A stretch of 64,000 nt of DNA. Origin: an uncultured Bacilli bacterium (GTDB lineage Bacteria; Bacillota_I; Bacilli_A; RF39; UBA660). A model generated the notes under the pieces. That model ran no database searches and was not told the DNA's origin. It saw only the letters and a list, made by a program, of their open reading frames with translations. Positions 57,494 through 64,000 of this stretch are shown in pieces. The stretch's first letter is position 1; each line of letters opens with the position of its first letter. The position numbers and the translations under genes were made by a program. The DNA lies in contig CAJTZY010000007.1 of NCBI GenBank assembly GCA_910584085.1, forward strand, positions 8,074-72,073, written 5' to 3'.

Positions 57494-58258
57494 TCATATT
57501 GTTAATAAATTTATAATTGTATTTATATCTAGTTTTAATAGAACTATTAGTATAGCTGCCACCGCCAAAAATGGACCAAATGGAATTTCATGTGTTGATT
57601 TGTTTTTTAACAATATAAGTGAAATTGGCAAACCTATTATTGCTGCAATGAATACAGATATAATTGACATAAAAAATCCAAACATTAATCCAAATACAGC
57701 AAGTAGTTTAATATCTCCCCCACCCATTGATTCTTTCTTAAACATAAAATCCCCAAGTAACTTCAAAACAAACATAAATATAAATGAACCTAACGAATTT
57801 AATAGGGCAACCCCTACTCCATCGAATCCAACTATAAAAAATTTAATCGTTATTATTGAAAGGGAAAAAAATATCAAAACTCCATCAGGTATTATCATAG
57901 TTTGATAATCACTTATAATTATTATCAAAAGCATAGATATAAATACGATAGCAAGTAAGCAATCAAGGGTGAATCCAAATACAAAGTATGATAAAGCGAA
58001 TAATATCCCACTGCAGAATTCAAATATTGGATAAAACCAAGAAATTTTTGCTTTGCAATTTTTACATTTGCCACCAAGTAATAAAAATGAAAAAATAGGT
58101 ATCAATTCAAGCGACGAGAGTTTATGATTACATTTTGGACAATGCGATGCTGGATATAGCAAAGATTCATTCTTTGGTAATCTATATCCAACAACATTAT
58201 AAAATGAGCCAAATATTGTTCCTACAATAAAGAACAATAATAATATACTAAACTCCAT
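57494..58258 (-). CDS. pilD: prepilin peptidase (A24 family)
   Basis: An N-terminal Cys motif (CPKCNHKL...CKNCKAKI), DYQTMIIPD and GGGDIKL catalytic Asp motifs. The start is at MEFSILL (58258), preceded by ggggtga. Confidence 0.9.
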   Translation of the reverse strand: MEFSILLLFFIVGTIFGSFYNVVGYRLPKNESLLYPASHCPKCNHKLSSLELIPIFSFLLLGGKCKNCKAKISWFYPIFEFCSGILFALSYFVFGFTLDCLLAIVFISMLLIIIISDYQTMIIPDGVLIFFSLSIITIKFFIVGFDGVGVALLNSLGSFIFMFVLKLLGDFMFKKESMGGGDIKLLAVFGLMFGFFMSIISVFIAAIIGLPISLILLKNKSTHEIPFGPFLAVAAILIVLLKLDINTIINLLTI

Positions 58259-58262
58259 ACCA

Positions 58263-59981
58263 TCACCCCAAATTTTGTACTTGTTGATACATATTAAACA
58301 TTGGTATAATAACTGCAAGCAATATAATACCTACTGAGAATGTTAAAAAAATAATTAATATAGGCTCCACAAGTGCCTTTATTCTTGTAACTGTATTTTT
58401 ATGTAAACTTTGATAATATGCAGAAACCCTTGACATCATTTCAGCTAACTGACCTGTTTTTTCACCAGTTACTATCATTTCATATGCTGGTACTGGAAAT
58501 GCCCATTGGTCTTTAAATGCAGTAGAAATTTTATCTCCTCTTGCTAAGTTTGCAACTGTATCTAATATCATCATTTTATATATTTCATTATTTGTTACTC
58601 TATTTAAAATATCCATACTATCAGTAATATAAACGTTATGTGATAAAAGAGAAGCAAATGTTTTAGAGAACATTGTTACTTCATTATATATTATTACTTC
58701 CTTTATTACTGGTATATGCATAAGTATCCATTGGAACAAGGTTCTAAGCACTTTTACATTTCTATAACAGTAAACTAATATTAGAATGAAAGCTATTATT
58801 CCAAGTATAATCCAAATAATATTATTCTCTAAAAAATGACTGAAATTTATTACTGCTAATGTAAATTTTGGAATTTTTGATGCATCCATAGTATTATATA
58901 TATCTACAAATTTAGGTACAACATACATCATTACAAATGTTACTACCGCAAGTGTAAATATAAATACTATAGATGGGTAAGTAAGTGCACTTATCATCTC
59001 TTTTCTAGCTGCCTCAGTTTCCGTGTAATATTCAACCATATCATCTAGTGCCTCAGGTAATTCTCCAGTAAGTTCGGCTGCCTTTACCATGTTTATTAAT
59101 AATTTTGGGAAAGCATTTCCCCTTTTATCTAAAGCAACGCTGAAGCTCTCTCCTACTGTCAAATCATAAGTTACCTCTCTAAGTACCGATTTATAAGATT
59201 TCTTTGTAACTTGTCTTATCAAAATATTTAATGCATCTACAAGTGGAATTCCTGACTTCAAATACGTTGAAAGTTGAGCAAGTAGAAATATTAAATCTTT
59301 GTTTTTTATCTTTGTTCCAGTATTTCCTACTTTACCGTGCAAAATTTGAATTAATTTACTTGTCCTAATACTATAAACTGCAAGTCCCTCACCCATTAAA
59401 AATGATTGAACATCTACTCTAGAAAAAGCATCGAAATAGCCCTTTACCTTCTTACCTTTTTCATTTATTGCAATATATTCCCAAGTAACAATTTTGGCTT
59501 TTTCATTTTTATCATCTTCCGTAGAAAAATCAACAAGCATAGTCTTAGTATCAAATGCCTTCTTATTTTTAATTTGTTTTACTAAAGCAATATTATCAAT
59601 TTTTCTTTTAATACTCTTTGGTATTGCAAGAATGCCATTAATAATTAAATCTATAAAATGGCCAAAACCTTTTCTTTCCATTTTTAAATTTTTATTTTTA
59701 TAACTTGATGTATCAATTCCATGTTTTTTCTTACTTTTTTCTTCTTTTTTCTTTTCTTTTTCGTATAGTTCTTGGCTTTCTTTTTTTAGTTTTTCTACAT
59801 TAATTTTTCTTCTATGTAAGATTAATTTACTCATAACTACTACTATAAATATTATAGGCCAAAGTAATCCATACCATATATATTTAATAAATCTATAAAC
59901 GTATATAGAAATTTTGATAAAAATTGAAACTAATATATTAACTCCGTTTTTAATTGATTTAAAAAAATTGTTAGATTTCAA
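58263..59981 (-). CDS. pilC: type IV pilus platform protein (GspF/PilC/ComGB family) with ~165-aa N-terminal extension
   Basis: Two T2SSF domains (LSTYLKSGIPLVDAL..., GEKTGQLAEMM) after an extension holding hydrophobic segments and a Lys/Glu-rich stretch. The TTG start is preceded by aggtg. Confidence 0.85.
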   Translation of the reverse strand: MKSNNFFKSIKNGVNILVSIFIKISIYVYRFIKYIWYGLLWPIIFIVVVMSKLILHRRKINVEKLKKESQELYEKEKKKEEKSKKKHGIDTSSYKNKNLKMERKGFGHFIDLIINGILAIPKSIKRKIDNIALVKQIKNKKAFDTKTMLVDFSTEDDKNEKAKIVTWEYIAINEKGKKVKGYFDAFSRVDVQSFLMGEGLAVYSIRTSKLIQILHGKVGNTGTKIKNKDLIFLLAQLSTYLKSGIPLVDALNILIRQVTKKSYKSVLREVTYDLTVGESFSVALDKRGNAFPKLLINMVKAAELTGELPEALDDMVEYYTETEAARKEMISALTYPSIVFIFTLAVVTFVMMYVVPKFVDIYNTMDASKIPKFTLAVINFSHFLENNIIWIILGIIAFILILVYCYRNVKVLRTLFQWILMHIPVIKEVIIYNEVTMFSKTFASLLSHNVYITDSMDILNRVTNNEIYKMMILDTVANLARGDKISTAFKDQWAFPVPAYEMIVTGEKTGQLAEMMSRVSAYYQSLHKNTVTRIKALVEPILIIFLTFSVGIILLAVIIPMFNMYQQVQNLG

Positions 59982-60100
59982 ATGTACACACCTACCATTC
60001 TTTTTATCCTATAAATAGATTATAACATATTTTTCAAATTTGTAAAACTTTTTTTTACAAATTTCATATAATATTTTAGGAAAATATATAGGAGGATATC

Positions 60101-60478
60101 ATGAATTATTACAATCCTTATTTTTATACAATGCCCACTAGTTTTGCTACCCCAAAGGTTGGATTATTTAGTAGATTGTTTGGCGGTTCAGGTATAACTC
60201 TAAGCGGTATACTGAATGGTACACAAAGAGCACTTAACTTTGCTAATCAAGCTATTCCACTTGTTAAGCAAGTAAAACCTATGGTTGGAAACGCCAAAAC
60301 GATGTTTAAAGTTATGAATGAATTTAAAAAAGTGGAATCACCTAAAAAAACAAAACAAAGGGCAAATTCTAATATTGAACCAAGCAACATCCAAAATGGA
60401 AAAGTTGAAAGTAATAACGGTCAAACTAATATAGTAAATGAACAAGTGGCAGATAATGGTCCTACATTCTTTATTTAA
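60101..60478 (+). CDS. VrrA/YqfQ-like protein
   Basis: GLFSRLFGG...ILNGTQRALNFANQAIPLVKQVKPMVGNAKTMFKVM and the ...GPTFFI ending resemble B. subtilis YqfQ. It is syntenic with trmK-sigA-dnaG. Confidence 0.5.
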   Translation: MNYYNPYFYTMPTSFATPKVGLFSRLFGGSGITLSGILNGTQRALNFANQAIPLVKQVKPMVGNAKTMFKVMNEFKKVESPKKTKQRANSNIEPSNIQNGKVESNNGQTNIVNEQVADNGPTFFI

Positions 60479-60480
60479 GC

Positions 60481-60517
60481 AAAAAAGTAGACTACATTTT
60501 TATATGTCTACTTTTTT
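60481..60517. terminator. bidirectional intrinsic terminator
   Basis: Hairpin AGTAGAC/GTCTACT flanked by an A-run and a T-run, between convergent genes. Confidence 0.5.
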
Positions 60518-61151
60518 ATATCATAAATTTTAGTCTCAATAAAAGTAATCTATATTTTAATCTAACACCAATTTTTTTTCTAGATATGCTATTAAGTATA
60601 TTTTCATACTTCTTTTTCATACTTTTTTTATATTCAACATTATTTTTTAATATTGGTCCGAAAATATAATCTATATCTTTGTACTTTTTGCTTCCCTTTT
60701 TAAACTTTATAATTATATATGGTATTTTTTTATCTATTAAAAATATTTCACTATCTATATAATAACCTAAAGCAATTACTGCTCTTCGTAAAATTTCAAT
60801 ATCATTATTAGAAGAAATTATTAGCGTATCACTTAGTTTATTTGTATCTAATATTTCAAGTATAGTACGTGTTCCCATACCACATATAACAATAGTATCC
60901 TCGTCATTTACATCAACACCAGAAAGCCCAATTGTAAGTTTAGTCTCAATTCTTTTACCTAATCTATGTTTTTTTATATTTTTTATAGCCCCATCTAAAG
61001 CATTTTTATTAATATCTGTTGCAAGACATTTATTATCATTATTCTTTGTTAAATAAATATCTAAATATGCATGGTCACATCCAACATCTATTACTCTACT
61101 TCCTATATCAACTAATGTAGCCACTGCCTGTAATCTTTTTGATAAATTCAT
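60516..61151 (-). CDS. trmK: tRNA (adenine22-N1)-methyltransferase
   Basis: LSKRLQAVATLV...VIDVGCDHAYLDIYL and IVICGMGTRTI. It lies immediately downstream of sigA, as yqfN does in Bacillus. Confidence 0.85.
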   Translation of the reverse strand: MNLSKRLQAVATLVDIGSRVIDVGCDHAYLDIYLTKNNDNKCLATDINKNALDGAIKNIKKHRLGKRIETKLTIGLSGVDVNDEDTIVICGMGTRTILEILDTNKLSDTLIISSNNDIEILRRAVIALGYYIDSEIFLIDKKIPYIIIKFKKGSKKYKDIDYIFGPILKNNVEYKKSMKKKYENILNSISRKKIGVRLKYRLLLLRLKFMI

Positions 61152-62233
61152 TATTCACCCATATAATCGCGAAGTTTACGAGAACGTGAAGGATGACGAA
61201 GTTTGCGAAGTGCTTTCGCTTCTATTTGCCTAATTCTCTCCCTTGTAACTCCAAACATTTGACCAACTTCCTCTAACGTTCTTGGCTTACCATCTTCAAG
61301 TCCAAATCTAAGTCTAATTACATTTTCTTCTCTTTCTGTTAAAGTTTCAAGAACTTGACTTATTTCATCTTTTAACATTTCGTTAGTAGCAAACTCTTCT
61401 GGGCTTAAATTTCTTTCATCTTTGATAAAGTCACCTAAGTGTGAATCATCTTCTTCGCCAATTGGAGTCTCTAGACTAACTGGATCTTGACTAATTTTAT
61501 ATATCTCACGAACCTTTTCAACACTTGTTCCCATTTTTTTAGCAAGTTCTTCTTCGCTAGGCTCACGATTAAGTTCAAGTGTTAACTGTCTTTGAACACG
61601 GGCAAGTTTATTAATAGTTTCAACCATATGAACTGGAACACGAATTGTACGAGCTTGATCTGCTATCGCACGTGTTATAGCTTGTCTAATCCACCAAGTA
61701 GCATATGTAGAAAATTTATAACCTTTACTTACATCAAACTTATCTACTGCTTTCATAAGTCCTATATTTCCCTCTTGAATTAAGTCTAGAAATAACATAC
61801 CGCGTCCCACATATCTTTTAGCAATACTAACTACTAAACGTAGATTTGCTTCGGCCAAAGTATTTTTAGCATTTTCATCTCCAGCCATAATTCTATCTGC
61901 AAGTTCACTTTCTTCTTCTAAAGTTAATAATTTTATTTGACCTATTTCCTTTAAATACATTCTTACTGGGTCATTGATAGTTAAATCCTTTGTTAAAGCA
62001 TTATCATCTAGTAATATTCTACCACCAGATTCATCGTCGCCTTGATCACTTTCAGATATTATTGCAATATTGTTTTCATTAAATGCATTATATAGTTCAT
62101 CTAGACTATCAGCGTCTAAATCAAGCCCCTTTAGGGAACTTGCAAGTTCTTCGTATGTAATAAACCCTTTATCTTTACCTTTTTTTACTAATTCTTCTTT
62201 TCTCTCTTCAAAAGTTTTTATTTCATCTATCAT
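61151..62233 (-). CDS. sigA: primary RNA polymerase sigma factor SigA/RpoD
   Basis: [61 protein letters not shown] and [33 protein letters not shown]. Confidence 0.97.
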   Translation of the reverse strand: MIDEIKTFEERKEELVKKGKDKGFITYEELASSLKGLDLDADSLDELYNAFNENNIAIISESDQGDDESGGRILLDDNALTKDLTINDPVRMYLKEIGQIKLLTLEEESELADRIMAGDENAKNTLAEANLRLVVSIAKRYVGRGMLFLDLIQEGNIGLMKAVDKFDVSKGYKFSTYATWWIRQAITRAIADQARTIRVPVHMVETINKLARVQRQLTLELNREPSEEELAKKMGTSVEKVREIYKISQDPVSLETPIGEEDDSHLGDFIKDERNLSPEEFATNEMLKDEISQVLETLTEREENVIRLRFGLEDGKPRTLEEVGQMFGVTRERIRQIEAKALRKLRHPSRSRKLRDYMGE

Positions 62234-63965
62234 TTTGTTCTCTCCTTCTTTTAATTTCTAATGCTTTATTCGCAAACTCTAACTTCTTTTTATAATCTGT
62301 TTCATTTTTTAATTTATTTATATATATATTAGATTGTTCTTTTTCGTTATACTCTCTAATGTTACTTAGATAATCTTCTATTTCTTCATAATTTATTTCA
62401 TCTGATAAATCTAATGAAGTTATATCACCTATTGCCTTAATAGAATCAGCATCATCACCTAGATATGTAATAAAATCTGCAACATTAATGAATCCATTTT
62501 CTTTGTAAAAGCAATCTATTTGAAAAGCAATATGTCTATATACCTCAGTTGGCATATGAGTAATTTTTTTCTCATACATTTTTATTACATCAATACTTTG
62601 AAGCATATAATATATTAAATACATTTCAGATTTTATATATTTATTTGTTTTCTTTTGTTCTTTTTTTACTTCAAATTTAACAGTTTCATTTGTTTTTTTA
62701 TTAACTATTTTATCTTTAATTAAATTAATATCTACTTTGGTTTCTTCACTTAATTTATTAATGCTTACCTCTTTCAATATATCATCATCAATATTATTTA
62801 TTTCGCTAATCATTTTATTTATATACTTTGCAAGTTCTACAGTATTATTCAAATTAAGTTCTGATTTTAATAATGATTCTTTGAATTCCATTATATTCAT
62901 AGGATTATTTATTTTACTTATAAATGCATCTGCTCCATTTTTTATAATGTACTCATCTGGATCACTATTATTTTCAAGTCTAACAATTTTGGGTGTTATG
63001 CCAAGTTTAGTAAGTTCTTCTATTGCACCCTTAGTTGCTTTAAGCCCCGCTTGATCGCCATCAAAACATAATATAACATCAGTTGACAATTTTCTAACAA
63101 GCATAGCCTGTTCTTTACCAAATGCAGTTCCTAGTGCGGCTACACAATTTTTAACACCTATAGTATACGCTCTAATTATATCCATAGGACCTTCCATAAT
63201 AATTACTTGGTGTTTATGTCTACATTCTTCTTTAGCTCTGTGATAATTATATAAAAGTTCCCTTTTTTTAAATATATCTGTTTCTTTGGAATTTACATAT
63301 TTATTTTCTGTTTCTCCATTATAAACTCTACCATTATATCCTATTACTTTTCCATTTAAATCATATAATGGAAACATTATTCTATTTCTATATACGTCAT
63401 TTAAAGTATAATTATTTTCGTTTACAAGGCCACTTCTAATAAGTGTATTATCATCATAGTTTTTAGATTTTAAAAGTTTAGTTAACATATCTTTTTCATT
63501 TAATGAAAGTCCAATTCCAAACTCTTTTATCGTTTTTTCATCTAAATTTCTATTTAGTAAATAAGTTTTAGCCTTTTTACCTAATTCTGTATTTATATTA
63601 TTTTGATAAAATTTTTGACTTAGTTCATATATATCATATAAGTCTTGATGTTTGTTTTTTTGTATAACTTGTCCAAGTTCAACAGTTATGCCAGCCATAT
63701 CAGCACATTTTTTAATTGCCTCTTGAAAGCTAATATTTTCATAGTCCTGAATAAATTTAAAAACATTCCCAGTAGCCCCACAAGAAAAGCAAGTATATAG
63801 TTGTTTTTCTCTTGAAACACTCATGCTAGGTGAATGATCATCGTGAAATGGACAGACACCGAAATAATTTTTTCCCTTAGATGTAAGTGGTAAATAATTA
63901 GATATTACATCTACTATATCTAAATTATTTCTAATTTCATTTATTGTATTTTTATCTACCCACAT
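62223..63965 (-). CDS. dnaG: DNA primase
   Basis: A Zn-ribbon ([30 protein letters not shown]), RNA polymerase core and a TOPRIM motif ([10 protein letters not shown]...CFDGDQAG). It overlaps the sigA start by 11 nt. Confidence 0.95.
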   Translation of the reverse strand: MWVDKNTINEIRNNLDIVDVISNYLPLTSKGKNYFGVCPFHDDHSPSMSVSREKQLYTCFSCGATGNVFKFIQDYENISFQEAIKKCADMAGITVELGQVIQKNKHQDLYDIYELSQKFYQNNINTELGKKAKTYLLNRNLDEKTIKEFGIGLSLNEKDMLTKLLKSKNYDDNTLIRSGLVNENNYTLNDVYRNRIMFPLYDLNGKVIGYNGRVYNGETENKYVNSKETDIFKKRELLYNYHRAKEECRHKHQVIIMEGPMDIIRAYTIGVKNCVAALGTAFGKEQAMLVRKLSTDVILCFDGDQAGLKATKGAIEELTKLGITPKIVRLENNSDPDEYIIKNGADAFISKINNPMNIMEFKESLLKSELNLNNTVELAKYINKMISEINNIDDDILKEVSINKLSEETKVDINLIKDKIVNKKTNETVKFEVKKEQKKTNKYIKSEMYLIYYMLQSIDVIKMYEKKITHMPTEVYRHIAFQIDCFYKENGFINVADFITYLGDDADSIKAIGDITSLDLSDEINYEEIEDYLSNIREYNEKEQSNIYINKLKNETDYKKKLEFANKALEIKRRREQNDR

Positions 63966-64000
63966 ATAATCACTTCCAAATGTCCCTATAATTAATAAAC

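Noticed and set aside
5430-58318. Longer N-terminal extensions given in the ORF track for mscL (5430), spoIIM (6115), rnj (35021), the LRR protein (39742), mutL (41549), pnp (50074), the rpsO-pnp ORF (50456), rpsO (50823), pilD (58318), permease 1 (32593) and the exported protein (33053).
   Set aside because: In each case an internal ATG has a much better Shine-Dalgarno sequence and gives the canonical family N-terminus. The extensions overlap upstream genes or terminators.
3060-63054. Many 60-120-aa ORFs in the supplied track lie antisense to, or out of frame within, long well-supported genes. Examples: 3060-3248, 5586-5869, 9457-9639, 14385-14612, 18044-18235, 20631-21305, 21644-22040, 23281-23583, 26093-26404, 28712-28969, 31866-32093, 33439-33801, 34591-34800, 34983-35315, 35337-35519, 36392-36649, 38398-38616, 39037-39267, 39964-40209, 46691-46891, 48068-48253, 49107-49325, 49596-49880, 53396-53584, 54025-54264, 57600-57905, 59494-59703, 61592-61783, 62070-62261 and 62737-63054.
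   Set aside because: Each is fully embedded in a gene with clear family motifs on the other strand or frame. Their translations are low-complexity (Ser/Leu/Ile/Phe-rich mirror images of Lys/Glu/Asn-rich proteins), and none has a convincing RBS. They are treated as shadow ORFs.
1-64000. A scan for CRISPR arrays, rRNA/tRNA genes, IS elements, prophage genes and classic defence genes (restriction-modification, helicase/nuclease pairs, TIR/SIR2, reverse transcriptase).
   Set aside because: No regular repeat-spacer structure, no G/C-rich structured RNA islands, and no transposase, integrase or capsid-like translations were seen. Intergenic regions are short apart from 7649-8073.

Overview
Chromosomal segment from a very AT-rich, low-GC Bacillota (Firmicutes) genome with an endospore-former type gene set: spoIVB, spoIIM, sigG, ylmC, ylbJ-like, yjcZ-like and yqfQ-like. 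Most of the window is densely packed housekeeping DNA. It holds xseB, mscL, zupT, deoB-xerD, rarA, smc-holA, fhs, ftsA-ftsZ, an RNase J homologue, divIB-murB-murG, mutL, a 3-gene suf cluster, rpsO-pnp, an FtsW/RodA-family gene, def, a type IV pilus/pseudopilus locus and the dnaG-sigA-trmK block. I saw no rRNA, tRNA, CRISPR array, transposase or phage genes. Several things look non-core. (1) A six-gene translationally coupled operon (29087-33026) encodes an exported orphan protein, three polytopic membrane proteins, an ABC ATPase and an anchored ectoprotein, and it splits the normally contiguous dcw cluster. (2) Two tandem SigA-derived sigma paralogues lack the region 2.3 tryptophan pair and lie directly after spoIVB, where spo0A normally sits. 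The second carries an in-frame TAA in its region 4.2 HTH. (3) The RNase J homologue has four of the seven canonical metal ligands substituted. (4) A signal-less BspA-type LRR protein is wedged between mutL and murG. (5) Two adjacent genes share N- and C-terminal modules around unrelated cores. (6) The pilus ATPase and platform proteins carry unusual extensions. All functional calls rest on by-eye motif recognition in the supplied translations; no database search was run.
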